NCBI RefSeq assembly: GCF_009914755.1
Contig: NC_060947.1
Direction: 5' to 3' (one strand)
DNA: 64,000 nt
DNA from: the human T2T-CHM13v2.0 reference genome, Homo sapiens
Made by a program: the position numbers and the translations under genes. The stretch's first letter is position 1. Each line of letters opens with the position of its first letter. This document shows, in pieces, positions 1 to 17,089 of this stretch. Under the pieces are notes generated by a model. It made no database searches, was not told where the DNA came from, and worked only from the letters and a program-made list of their open reading frames with translations.

Positions 1-1399
1 ACTATTAGCAGGGTACCATGTGGCAACCAAGGCCAAACAACATAAATGCAAATGCCACTATCATCCTGAAGGCTTGGATTTAATTTGGGTCCTGGGCAGT
101 GTGGCTCTCAGGAGCCTATGGTCAGGAGAGGCTCTCCATAGGGTTAGGGTTAGGATAGATGAACTTGCTGAGATTTGGGGGAGTTTGAGAATTTTTTTGA
201 CTCGAGCTTGGAAAACAGAGAATGATGATGAGGATGAACAGTCAGTGTCATCAAGAAGAGGTCTACTGAGTAGGCTTACTTATGGTCCAGGTTCAGCAGA
301 TTGACGTCCTGCCTCTTCTAGCTCTCAGGACATGAGGAAGAACAGGTACATGACACCTAGGTCTCCTTTTGCTCTTTGAAATAGCTGAAGATTTTTTAAC
401 AACTGCAAATATCTAGATTGGATTTCAATCTGATGGTGAGCAAATAGTTGAGTCCAGTCAAATTATGTCTTCTTTCTTCCTGGCCAGCTGGCTCCCCCTG
501 GTCACTATTCCCCTTCTCACCCCTAGCAGGCCCCACCTGCCAACCCACCTGCCCAGCTGCCTGCCTGCCTGCCTGTATGTCTTCCCACCCACCTGGCTGA
601 CTGGCTGCACAGGCTCTCAAGTGCCCTCAGGCTGCTTCAATTCCAGTTGGCATTGGCTGCCTAGACCACAAAAAGGATTCTTCTTGTAGTAATTTACTTT
701 CAGTCTCCCAGTGAAAAGAAAAGTCACCCAGTAAAGATAATGTTGTCAATGTAGCCAATTCTGCTCTTCATAGTTCCTGGGGATTTAGTGAGAATGGATG
801 GTGTTTTAAGAATCACCCAACTGTTTGAGCCCAGGATGGACGGCCTGTTCCCCTGGGGCCTCTGTGAAGCCCACTCTGGGGAAGAGATGAGGTAATCTAA
901 CTGGGAAAGAGGATGGCCAGGCTGGGCAATGCAACCCTCCTCTCCATCGGATACTGATTTTATTTTCCACCTATCAAGCATATTTCCACCGTTTGCCATT
1001 GGGTAGTCAACAGTGGAGAGACCCAGACTTTTCCCAAGCCGTGGAGGTTGGCTGGGCATGTGAGCACCCTACTCTGATTTTGGGCACACAAGGTAGGTGT
1101 ACCATTAGTGGTCATGACCAAACTGAATCCTACTCTTAAATCAAGTGCTGGGCTCACTTATTAGCTCCTGTCCTTAGATTTTTCTGGGAAGATGTCTTTG
1201 CTCAGCTTTTAGCAAAATACTGCCGGGGAAGTTTGAAGTGTGACTGGTACCTCTTCTGGCTAGCTGCTCACACTGAATTCTGTGGAGGAATCCTTGAGCC
1301 TGGAGATATCTTAGCTCTTGTTCTCATTTATCTCATCGGATAAAATTTACATTGACTACATTACATTTTTAAGGTAGTTTGGCTGCCACTACCTCATTA

Positions 1400-2790
1400 A
1401 AGTGCACAATAATCCGGTGACAGCCACACAGAGCAAGAACTGTCACCCCACTTTATGAAGGAGGAAGCTTAAGCTTAGAGAGGTGAAACAAGTGGCTCCA
1501 GGTGAAACAGCTCAGAACTGCCTGAACTGAGACCTGAACTTAGATTGTTTACTTCCCAGGTCAGTACTTCTTTCATTCCCTCACACTAGCAGGCACTTAG
1601 TCTATAGGGGATCATGTGAAGCTAGCAGACAAATGACATTCACAAGCGTCATAATGGGGGAGGGTGGCAGCTGAACTAGGCTTGATGTTTTGCTGTGCTG
1701 CATTGCAACTTTGCCCAAGTGGTATGGGGTCAGGCTGCTTTGATTTTTAGTTCTTCAAGAGGTTCTCTTCTGTATAATATTGGTGCCTACTACAGATCGG
1801 CTAGCCCACAAGCATGCACTCTAGTCTTGGAAATTCAAATCAGAGTACTTTGATTTTCACAAAGAAAAACTGATTTATTTTATATCTAGAGTTATAGAAT
1901 TTCAGAGCTGGAAAGTAATTTAGATTATTAATCCAATTGCCTCAATCAATGGGCTAGGAAACTGAGGCTCAGAGGAGAGTAAACTAGTCACGGACACAGC
2001 TAGTTAATAGCAGAAATGATCTGTAGGGGTCATGACCTCTCTTTAGTTTTCAGAAGGTTTTCCTTGTCAATCTTCATCATTGGGAGTAGGACCCACAGTA
2101 GATCTGGGTGGGCTCTGAGGAAGCTGCCCATTCTATTTACTTTTTTACTCTGGGATTCTTTGGACTTAGCTGCATGCAAGTGAGATGGCTACTGATGAAT
2201 CAGAGGGAGGCTTTAGGATAGGGTGGGGGAAGAAGACTGTTAGTAAAGCTCATGGAGTCAGATCAGACTAGGCAGGAAGCCGGGACCCACCAATTAGGTG
2301 CTTTGTGACTTTGGACAAGTGACAACCACAGTTGTGACTCTGATCCCTCCCTTATCTATAAGATGAGCATAATACCCACTATTGGCAATAACAAATTAGG
2401 GAACAGCGTATTTATATCTATATATATACACACATATGCACAGATATGTGTGTCTATCAAAATACATATTGATAGATAGATAATGCATAGAGAGACATTC
2501 CTGTTTACAAATGGACAGCCCACAAAGTTCATGAGACCAGATCACTGTTGTCATTGTTACCATCATCCTCCATTTCGCAAATAGCACCAGAAATCAGGCA
2601 GCATTAGCATCAGTACTGAAATCCAGCTATGGGCTGGGTCTGTACAAATATAATATGGTTAACCGTCAGGGCTGTTAGAAGGACTAAGTGAAGAAAATAC
2701 AAAAACATACATGTCTCAGAATTTGGCACAGAGGAGACCTTCAGAAAAGTGTGGTGAGCCAGACATTTGTGGAATGAACTGAAGAAAGTG
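1400..2790. mobile_element. Cluster of MIR fragments
   Basis: MIR core motifs such as ggaaactgaggctcagag and tgtgactttggacaagt. Confidence 0.6.
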
Positions 2791-3419
2791 CTGAGTGCAG
2801 CAGACAGTCCTCTCAGTGGCCAGTAACACTCATGTGCTCAGATTAGTAGAACAGGGGTATTGTACTGGTGTTTGTGGAAAGCCCCATAATCTTCATAACT
2901 GTGGGTCTCTGGGCTTATATCTAAGGTCTACAATGATTGGTGAGTAGAGCTAAGAGGTAATAGCACTCAAGTCAAGGGTTCTGCAGTGGCAACTAGTTGA
3001 ACATGGCTGACAAGTATGGGCACAGATGTGGCCTGTTTCTATTTTCCTCCTATGACTTGGCAACTTATTTGACTGAAACTAGGAGCACAGGTGGCACTGG
3101 GACCGACTGGAATCTTCCTGGGTTCTGTGTCCTCAGATTGGTAGATGACCATAGTAGTTACATAATGGTGGAACAACAGAATTCCAATAGCTCAGGGGCA
3201 GGAAGGATGAAAGTAGCCAAAGCTCTCAGTGCTGTAGACAAAATAGCCTAAAGCTTCTGTGAAGTCACCTGCCTGTGGAGGAATCAACCAGACCTAGCTG
3301 GAGTCTCAGAACTGGGGTGTGTTGTATCACTTATGAAGTGAGTGCTGCCTCTGCCACAAAGTTCCTAGCCAAGGGCCTGGCACAGAGAAGGTGCTTAGGA
3401 AATATTTGGTGAATGAATC

Positions 3420-3840
3420 CAATTGGAGATCCATGGGTTATTGAGGACCCCGAAAAGCTTTTGTTTATGTGGGTTATATCACTACTTAACATTATAAAAA
3501 TTAAAACAAAATTTAAATGTATTTCTTTATTCACTTAGAAATAAAATTTTAATGAAAATAATTATATTTTCCAGAACAAAAGTAGTGGGAAGAGTGGTAT
3601 TGTTTTATGTATTTGCAAATCTCTAACATCTGGCTTAATAAAGACAACTGGAGTTTTCTACCTGTTTCACCTTCAATATATTGTGCTATCACATGTCATG
3701 TAGCCTCTTGAAAACTCCACTAGTACCTTCCTGAAAGAAAAAATTCCAAATAATGAATTAGTGTTATGAAAATTGTCTTGATCTAGTGAACCTCCTTAAA
3801 AGGGTACAGACACCCCCAACAGTCTGCAGAACTGCTCCTT
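3420..3840. mobile_element. hAT-Charlie-like DNA transposon fragment
   Basis: ttattgaggacccc..agcttttgtttatgtgggttatatc resembles a recalled Charlie consensus. Confidence 0.45.
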
Positions 3841-6800
3841 TAGGGCATAGATCTAGGAGTATAATCTCTGGGTCATTGGGTATACACATTTTTTACCTTT
3901 AATATTACCTAAATATTTCCAAATCACTCTCCAAAGTGGCCGTACCAACTTACACAATCTGCAGCAGTATTTGAGAATTCCAGTTTCTCACCTCTGAGTC
4001 AATTTGGTATTATCAGACTTTTAAAAGTTTGCCAATCTGAGGGGTATGTTTTTAATTTGCATTTCCCTGCCTACTAGTGAGGTTGAACAACTTTTCATAA
4101 GTTTATTCAGGTTCCCTCTTCTGTGAATTCCGTTTCTACTTTTTGCACAGCTTTTAATATATATGTTTATTTCAGTATTGATTTATAGGAGTTCTTCATA
4201 AATTCTGCATACTAATCCATTGTGAGGAATAAGTGTCCTAAATACCTCTTCAATTACATTGCTTTTATTTCCCCTGATGTCCTCTGATGCACGACAATTT
4301 TTAATTTTAATGTAATCAAAATAATCAATTTTTATGCATTATTCTTTTTGAGTTTTACTTATGTAATTTTTTTTGTGCCCAGAAGTCATAAAAAATATTC
4401 TTATAAAATTTCTTCTGAGTTTTAAAGATTTTATTTTTATAATTAGTTTTTTTATCTGCCTGAAAATTGACAAAGATTTTGGTAAGATGTTAGGGAAAGA
4501 TGTGCTTTTACGTTTTTATCTTTTTATAGAAAGATAACCATTCATCCAAGGATTATATACTGAATGTGCTGTCTTTTTCCCTACTCATTTCCATATATGT
4601 GAGGAGCTGTTTCTAGAGTCTCTGTTTTGTTTCATTTGTAATGAGTTCTCTTGCATTGTTTTTCTTCTTCAAAATATTTTGATTATTCTTAACACTTTAC
4701 TCTTAAAAATTTTTATGAGCCACATAATACATACAAAAGGGTATATAAATTATTTGTGTACAGTTTAAATTATAAAATGGACAGATAGCTAGTCCCTTGG
4801 AAATCCCTATAAACTTCTACCATATCACATCACTCTTCATCTCTCAAACTACAAGCTAGCTATCCTTAATGTTAGGTTAAATCATTTATCTGCTTTTCTT
4901 TATACCCTTACCAACTGTTGATGTTGTTTAGGGTTGTCTGTTCTTTAATCTTATATAAATGGAGCCATATTATATTTTCTCTTGTGACTTGCTTCTTTTG
5001 CTGTTCATTATGCTCCTGAGATTCAGCTTTGTGAGATGCCTATGATTATAGCTCATTCATTTTCACTGCTGTCAAACTATTGTGTATTCTACTACTAATG
5101 GGCATTTGGGTCATTGTTTCCAGTTTACGCACATTGCAAACACTACTTCTGTGACTCTAGATGAACATATGAAAGAATTTCTCCAAACTAAGGAATATAT
5201 GGATGGATAACCTGCAAACAATGGCCCAAGTGCCTATTAGTAGTAGTAGACTATTAAATGCAGGTCACTTTGTATAGCTCCTGATATTAAAGGGAATGAT
5301 TTTGAATTTTCATCATTAATGATAATATTGCTATGTTTTATTTTCCTTTTTTAGATGCCATTTATCAAATTAAAGACGTTTTATTCTATTCCTAGTTTTC
5401 CAAGATTTTATATCATGAATCAATTTAAAATTTTGTTGAGCGTTGCTCATACATCTTTTTAGATGTTTAGATTATATGGATTATCTGTGTTACTGAAGTG
5501 AATTACGTTATTTGATTTTCTAACCTTGAATGCTGGGCTAAACTTTACTGGGCCATATTTTGCTTAGGATGTTTACACCTCTGTTCACGAGGGATATTCA
5601 TCAGTAGTTTTCCTTATTATGTCTGTCGGGTGTTGGTATCAGAGTACAGCTGGCCTCATAGAATATGTTGGGACTTACTTCATCCTGTTCAATTTTGTGA
5701 AATCATTTGTGCAGAATTGGAATTACACCTTCTTTTATGTTTAGGTCGAATTCTCCAGGTAAGGTATCTGGGCCTGTAGTTTTCTTTGTGGGAAGGTTTT
5801 AAGGTTGAATTCAAATTTAAAAAAATATATATCCAAGTTGTCTATATACCTACCTGGCTATTATATCAGGTATATATTATATATCAGATATATCTATATA
5901 TTATCTATATTATATATCAGGATATATATATATATATATATATATGTTTATTCAGATTATCTTTTTTATATCTGTAGATTCTGGAGTGATGTCCCTTCTG
6001 TTATTCCTGATATTGGTGATTTGCGTCTTCTTTTTTTCCTGATCAGTATGGCTAGGTTTATCAATTACACTGATGTTCTCAAAAACTAGCTTTTGAATTT
6101 TTATTAGTTGTCTCTATTGCTTTTGTGGTTTTCATTTTATTTATTTCCACTCTGGTTTTTTATTATTTCCTTCCTTAGCTTACTTTTGGTTTTATTTACT
6201 CTCCTTTTTCTGGTTGTTTAGTGTAGAACTTAAGAAACTTCTAATACAGATCTTTAGTTGTATTAATTTCCCTCTGAATATTGCTTTATTGCCATCTCAT
6301 AAATTTTGCTATAATGTATTTACATTTCTTCCTTTTATTTAGACAATTATCTTTTGAAAGGATTTAAATAATTTGAGAATGATGTGCATTTATGCACATA
6401 ATTACTATTTCTAGTGCTCTTCATTTCTGCGTGTAGATCCATATTTGCAACTGGTATCATTTTCCTTCAGTCTAAAGGATGTCCTTTACTATTCCTTATG
6501 ATGTTCTTTTGACTTTTGTATGTCTGAAGAGCTCTTTATTTTACCCTTGTTTTTGAAAGAAATTTTCACTGGATACAGAATTATAGGATGACAGTTATGT
6601 TTTTTACTCAAGACTTTATGTTTAAAGCATCACTGATGTCTTGTTTCCAATGAGAAATCTGTTGCCTTTGTTTTTCTTTATTGTATTTTCTTTTTTTTTT
6701 TTCCTTTATTTTCTTCCTCTGTACATAACATGTCTTTTTTGTCCTCTGGCTGCATTTAGGATTTTTGTCTTTATCAGTTGCTTTGAGCAACCTGGTTCTG

Positions 6801-8438
6801 ATTTGTGTGGGTATAGTTTTCTTCATGTTTCTTGAACTTGGGCTCCGTTGAGCTTCTTGGTTCTATGGGTGTATAGTTTCATCAAATTTGGAAAATTTTT
6901 GGTCATTATCCCCTCAAATATTTTTTCTGTTCCCTCCATCTTCTGTGGACTCCATTTCACATATATTAGGCTGCTTGAAGTTGTCTCAGAGTTCACTGGT
7001 TCTGTGTTCTTTTTCTTTTCTTTCTTTTAGTCCTTTTTTCTCTGTGTTTTAGTTTTGGATAGTATTTATTCCTATGTCTTTCAATCTTCTGCAATTTCTA
7101 CTCTGCCATCAATTTCATTCAGTGTGTTTTTCGTCTCTGACACTGTAGTTTTCATCTCTAGAAATTCAACTTAGGTCTTCTTTTATATCTGACATGTCAT
7201 TACACAATGTGTTCATTCTTATCTGTACCTTTTTGAATATATAGAATACTGTTGTAATAACTGTTTTATTCTCTTTGTCTGATAATTTTAACATCTGTTT
7301 CATTTTGGGGTTGGATTTGGTTAATTTTTCTCCTCATTCTGAGTCTTTTATTTTTTATTACTTCTTTGCATGTCTGGTAATATTTCATTAGATGCCCTGC
7401 ATAGTGTGTTTTATCTTGTTGTGTGCTGCATATTTTTTTAAAAACAGCTTATTGAAGTATAATTCACATACCATATAATTCATCCATTTAAAGTATGCAA
7501 TTAAATGGTTTTTAGTCTATTCACAGATATGTGCTACATAACCATAGTCAATTTTAGTACATTTTCATCACCGTAAAAAGAAGCCTTATATCCTTTAGCT
7601 ATCACCTCCTATCTTCCCATTACTACTCCCCTTCCCCCCAGGCCATAAGCAACTACTAATCTACTTTCTGTCTCCATAGACTTACCATTCTGTGCTTTCA
7701 AATGACTGGAATCGCATACTGTGTGGATTTTTGTGACTGGCTTCTTTCACTTACTATTAGTATATTTCATTATATAGATATAACATATTTTGTTTATCCA
7801 TTCATCCATTGGGTTGTTTTCACCTTTTGGCTACTATAAATAATGCCACTGTAAACATTCCTGTACAAGTTTTTGTTTGAGTATATATTTTCATTTCTCC
7901 TGGGTATGTACCTAGGAATACAATTACTGGGTCATATAGTAACTCTATGGTTAATTGTTTGAGGAACTGCCAGACTGTTTTTCAAAGTGGCTCCCCATTT
8001 TCTATTAACATCTGCAGTATGTGAGGGTTCTGATTTCTCTGCGTTCTTGCCTATAACATTCTTGTTATTCTCTGACATTTATTCTAACTATCCTAGTCGG
8101 TAGGAAGTGGTATCTCATTGTGGCTGTGATGTACATTTCCTTGATGACCAATGACGCCAAACATCCTTTTATGTGATTATTAGTCATTTGCATATCTTCC
8201 TTGGAGAAATGTCTATTCAGATCATTTGTCTAGTTTTAAATTGTGCTGTATGTCTTTGTAAAAGTTATTTATGTGTTCTAGATATAAGTCCTTTACCAGT
8301 ATATAATTTACAAATATTTGCTCCCATTCTGTGAGTTACCCTTCCATTTTCTTGATTGTATTTTTTGAAGCAAAAAAGTTTTTAATTGTAATGAAATCCA
8401 ATTAATCTATATATTTTTGTTGTTAATGCTTTTGTTGT
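3840..8438 (-). mobile_element. Old L1M fragments, nested
   Basis: T-rich antisense L1 motifs such as ttgcatttccctg and a 3'-UTR start at about 7440 (cagcttattgaagtataattcacatacc). Confidence 0.8.
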
Positions 8439-10678
8439 TGTATTAGTCCATTCTCACACTGCTATAAAGATACTGCCTGAGACTGGGTAATTTACAAAGA
8501 AGGGACGTTTAATTGATTCACAGTTTCCCATCGCTGGGGAGGCCTCAGGAAACTTACAATCATGGCAGCAGGCAAGACAGAGCAAAAGAGCGAGGAAGTG
8601 CCACACTTAAAACCACCAGCTTTCATGAGAACTCCCTCACTATCATGAGAACAGCATGGGGGAAACTACCCCCATGATCCAATCACCTCCCACCAGGTCC
8701 CTCCCTCGAAACATGGGGATTACAATTTGAGATGAGATTTGTAATCTCAAACTACAGCCAAACCATATTATTCTACCCCTGGCCCATGTCATTTTCACAT
8801 TACAAAGCTAATCATGCCTTCCCAACAGTCCCTCAACCTCTTAACTCATTCCAGCATTATCTCAAAAGTCCAAGTCCAAAGTCTTATCTGAGACAAGGCA
8901 AGTCTCTTCTGTCTATGAGCCTATAAAATCAAAAGCAAATTAGTTACTTCCAAGATACAATGGGGGTTCAGGCGTTGGGTAAATGTTCCCATTCCAAGTG
9001 GGAGAAATTGGCCAAAACAAAGGGGCCATAGGCCCCATGCAAGTCCAAAACCCAGCCAGGCAGTCATTAAATCTTAAAGCTCCAAAATCTCCTTTGACTC
9101 CATCCAGAGCACACTGATACAAGGGGTGGGCTCCCAAGGCCTTGGGCAGCTCCACCCTTGTGGCTTTGGAGGGTACAGACCCTGCAGCTGCTTTCATGGG
9201 CTGGTGTTGAGTGCCTGGAGCTTTTCCAGGTGCACGGTACAAGCTATCGTTGGATCTACCATTCTGGGGTCCTGAGGATTGTGGCCCTCTTTTCACAGCT
9301 CCGCTAGGCAGTTCCCCAGTGGGGACTCTGTTTGGGGGCTCCGATTCCACATTTCCTTTCTGCACTGCCCTAGTAGATGTTCTCCATGAGGAGCCCCTGC
9401 AGCAGAACATCTGCCTGGACATCCAGGTGTTTCCATACATCCTCTAAAATCTAGGCGGAGGTTCCCAAACCTCAACTCTTGACTTCTGTGCACCTGCAGG
9501 GCCAACACCACGTGGAAGCTGCCAAGGCTCAGGGCTTGCAACCTCTGAAGCCACAGCCCAAGCTGTACCTTGGTCCCTTTTAAGCACAGCTATAGCTGGA
9601 ATGGCTGGGATGCAGGGCACCATGTCTTGAAGCTGCATATAGCAACTATTTTTCCCTCCTAGGCCTCTGGGCCTGTTATGGGAGGCACTGTCTTGAAAAT
9701 CTGTGAAATGCTGTGGAGATATTTTCTCCATTGTCTTGGCTATTAATATTTGGCTCTTTGTTACTTATGCAAATTTCTGCAGCTGGCTTGAATTTCTCCC
9801 CAGAAAATGGGTTTTTATTTTCTACCACATGGGCAGGCTGCAAATTTTTCAAACTTTTACACTCTGCTTCCCCTTTAAACATAAGTTCGAATTTCAAACA
9901 ATCTCTTTGTGAGTATATATAACTGTACACTTTCAGGAAAAAAACAGGTCACCCCTTGAATGCTTTGCTGCTTAGAAATTTCTTCTGCCAGAAACCCTAA
10001 ATCATCTCTCTCACCTTCAAAGTTTCACAGATTTCTAGGGCAGGGGCAAAACGTTGCCAGTATCTTTGCTAAAGAATAGTATGAGTGGCCTTGGCTCCAG
10101 TTCCCATTAAGTTACTAATCTCCATCTGAGACCACCTCGGCCTGGACTTCATTGTCCCTATCACTATCAGTATTTTGGTTACAACCATTCAACAAGTCTC
10201 TAGGAAGTTCCAACTTTCACTCCTCTTCCTGTCTTTTTCTGATCCCTGCAAACTCTTCCAACCTCTGCCAGTTACCCATTTCCACAGTCACTCCCACATT
10301 TTCAGGTTATATTTATAGCAGTACCCCACTACTTCGGTACCAATTCTCTGTGTTAGTCTGTTCTTACACTGCTGTAAGGATATACCTGAGACTGGGTAAT
10401 TTATAAAGAAAGTACGTTTAATTGACTCACAGTTCCTCATGGCTGGGGAGGCCTCAGGAAATTCACAATCTTGGTGGCAGCGAGAGAGAGTGAAAGAGTG
10501 AGGAAGTGCCACACTTGAAACCATCAGCTCTCATGAGAACTTCCTCACTATTATGAGAATGGCATGGGGGAAACTGCCCCCCATGATCCAGTCACTTCCC
10601 ACCAGGTCCCTCCCTCGACAGATGGGGATTATAATTCGAGATGAGATTTGGGTGGGGACACAGAGCCAAACCATATCA
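8439..10678 (-). mobile_element. Full-length MaLR (MST-like) element: LTR 8439-8770, internal region, LTR 10349-10678
   Basis: Two homologous LTRs (tgtattagtccattctc.. and tgtgttagtctgttctt..accatatca) around a MaLR internal region; 5-bp TSD gttgt/ggtgt; inserted in an L1. Confidence 0.9.
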
Positions 10679-13715
<3,037 letters not shown>

Positions 13716-13716
13716 C

Positions 13717-14232
13717 TGTGATGGTTAATTTTATATGTTCATTTGACTGGCTTAAGGGATACCCATATAGCTGGTAAAACATTATTTCTGGGTGTGTCTG
13801 TGAGGGTGTTTCCAGAAGAGAGATTAATATTTAAATCAATAGACTGAGTAAAGAAGAATCATCCTCACCAATGGGGGTGGGCATCATCCAATCCTCTGAA
13901 GAACTGCATAGAACAAAAATGTGGAGGAAGAGTGAATTGGCTCTCTTTTGGAGCTGGGCCATATATTTTCGTTGGCCCTTAGACATGAGAGCTCCTGTGT
14001 TTTCGGTCTTTGAACTCCAGCTCTTATACTAGTGCCCCTTACCTCCTCAGGCCTTTGGCCTCAGACTGAGGGTTTTATCATTGACTCCCTAGTTTTCAGG
14101 CCTTCAGACTCATACTGAATTATACCACTAGCCTCCCTAGTTCTCTAGCTTGCAGATGGCATATCATGGGACTTTTCAGCCTCCATAATTATGTGAGCCA
14201 ATTCCCATAATAAATCTCCTCTTACATATATA
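13717..14232 (+). mobile_element. MLT2 (ERVL) LTR
   Basis: Starts tgtgatggttaattttatatgt; contains gagccaattcccataataaatctc. Confidence 0.8.
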
Positions 14233-14235
14233 TGT

Positions 14236-14505
14236 TGATATGGTTTGGCTGTGTCCCCATCCAAATCTCATCTTGAATTATACTCCTATAATTTCCACAT
14301 GTTGTGGGAGGGATCTGGTGGAAGATGGTTGAATCATGGGGACGGTTTCCCCCACACTGTTCTCATAATGGTAAATGGATCTCATGAGATCTGATGGTTT
14401 TATAAAGGGTTTCCACTTTTGCGTCTTCCTCATTCTCTCTTTGCCTGCTGCCATCCATGTAAGACAGGACGTGCTCCTCCTTGCCTTTTGCCATGATTGT
14501 GAGGC
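14236..14505 (+). mobile_element. THE1 LTR, truncated
   Basis: Starts tgatatggtttggctgtgtcccc and ends at ccatgattgtgaggc. Confidence 0.85.
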
Positions 14506-15529
14506 TATATTAATTGATTTTCAGTTAGTGAACCAACTTTGCATTCCTGGGATAAATCCTACTTGGTCATGGTAAATGCATATGTTGCTGGATTCAGTTT
14601 GCCTATATTTTACTGAGTGTGCTGGATATTTTTTCCATTCTTGTAAATGATCTTGAACTTTTTTCATAGTAAACAGTTCTATCCTATCAGATCTTTCTTT
14701 AATATTTTAGGAAGGAATAGGGCAGCATTTGTTGTAGGGTTAGTTATTTCCTACTACTGAGGCAAGGCCCTTCAGAATGCCATATGCCCTGTGAATCATG
14801 AGATTTTCAGGCTGGCTGGTGGGAACTAGCTCTATTCCCAGCCCTATGTGAATTCCAAGAACAGATTCCTTGAATTATTTGGGAGATTCCTTCTCTAGCC
14901 TTCGCTAGTTTTATTATGTGCATATGTTGATTAGTGCTCTGCCAAATGCTCAAGAGAGACTCTCTAAGAATCTCCCTAATTCTCTCTGTGCATGTCTTCC
15001 TTCTTTGGTGCTCTGTAAGGCTAACTTCAGCTGCCTTGGTCTCCTCACATTCTCAGCATCTTTCCTCATTTTTAGGGAAACACAAAATAATTGTGGTGTA
15101 ATGGAAAAAGAACTGGGCTGACAGTGAAGAGACCTGGTCTCTCTAGGCTCTGCCATACCATTACCTTACTGTGTGACTTTCCCCTCTCTGAGCCTCAGTA
15201 TTCCTGTGTTTAACAAGAGGAATGCTTTAGATGATGCTTCAGCTCTAAAATGCCTGACAACTTACATGTGTCACATGCTTCACAATTTACAAATAACTCT
15301 CATGTATTTTCTCCTGTTTTCCTCCTTTAGATAAGTCTGCATGGTAGTCAGGGTAAGAGTCTTGGTCTTTTACAGGGGAAGAAACTGAATCTCAAGGATG
15401 TGGTATCACAAGCCTAATAAATAGTGGTATTTGGACTCAAATTCAGGTTTGTCTCCTGAAATCCAGTGATATTTCCACTTCATACTCTAGATCTGATGAT
15501 ACTGGAGTTTCATTTGTTCACTCAACTCA

Positions 15530-15924
<395 letters not shown>

Positions 15925-16103
15925 GTCCCAATACTCACCAGAAAACAGCACCAACAACATGAGCCAATTCTTGAGAAGGATGCTTTTGAATTAACAGACA
16001 GATGGTCAGGAGAGTTTATTCAGTGTGGTACAAAGCCCCTCTTTTTTTTTTTTTTTTCTTCCCATTTCAACTAAGATACCAGCAGAACTAGCCCAACCCA
16101 AAT

Positions 16104-16142
<39 letters not shown>

Positions 16143-16742
16143 ATAGGGGTGGTTATTTTCAAGTTCTGGGCTTGCTCAGTATGGTATTTCTTTCCCCCCT
16201 CTTGGAGGCTCTGCATATGCTGAGCAGTTTTCTTATTTTACAATTACGATTTGGAACACATTTGATGTTGCAGCACAGATACGTCACTGGTATTAAACAG
16301 AGCCACTGTTGGCAGCAGCGGGGCTAGACCTTGATGTAAATCAGCCAAATGTCCCTGGGCCTGCCACTGTGACTCAGAGACCTTTCTGATATTCTCTTAC
16401 AGGCTTTGCAGCAGATTTGTGGCGGTGATTTTTCCCAACTCTCCAAATTGCACAGTTCCTCCTTCCATGGCACTCAGCCTGCCACAGCTCATAAGAGCCT
16501 TTATAAAGACCATCTGGGAATCTGGCATTAGGAAGTTTCACACAAAGGATTGTTCTTGCAGGAGTTCATTCAATTATTCAGCAAGTATTTGTTGAGTACC
16601 TATTTTGTCCCAGGTAGTATTCTAGGTAATTGAGATATATCAGTGAATAAAGCAAATACAGTGAGATATATCAGTGAATAATAGAAATATAGCAGTGAAA
16701 CTTATAGTCTAACAAGAAAAAACAGATATCAAACCTGATCCT

Positions 16743-17036
16743 GGCCAGGTGTGGCAGTTCATGCCTGTAATCCCAGCACTTTGGGAGGTCAAGGTGGGCA
16801 GATCACTTAAGTTCAGGAGTTTGAGACCAGATCGGGCAACATGGTGAAATCTCATCCCTGCAAAATATACAGAAAAATTAGCCAGGTGTGGTTGTGCATG
16901 CCTGTAGTCCCAGCTACTCAGGAGGCTAAGGTAGGAAGATCACCTGAGGTTAGGACTGTTCAAGGCTGCAGTATTCTATGATAGTGCCACTGCACTTCAG
17001 CCTCAGTGACAGAGTGAGACCCTGTCTCAAAAAAAA
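16743..17036 (+). mobile_element. AluJ-like
   Basis: Diverged full-length Alu. Confidence 0.9.
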
Positions 17037-17089
17037 GCCCCCTCAAACCCCAAAACCTGAATCATATATTAATTTTATGATAATATGTT

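Noticed and set aside
20-1320. ORFs at 20-304 and 724-1059
   Set aside because: No recognisable homology, splice structure or promoter; the region could not be classified.
5825-5950. TA-rich repeat giving Ile/Tyr-rich ORFs
   Set aside because: Degenerate (TA)n microsatellite inside an L1.
8940-9930. Overlapping ORFs up to 166 aa
   Set aside because: They lie in the decayed MaLR internal region.
16631-16681. 20-bp direct repeat tgagatatatcagtgaataa (similar short duplications near 32255, 39935, 48828, 58775 and 61311)
   Set aside because: Isolated two-copy slippage duplications, not an array or CRISPR-like structure.
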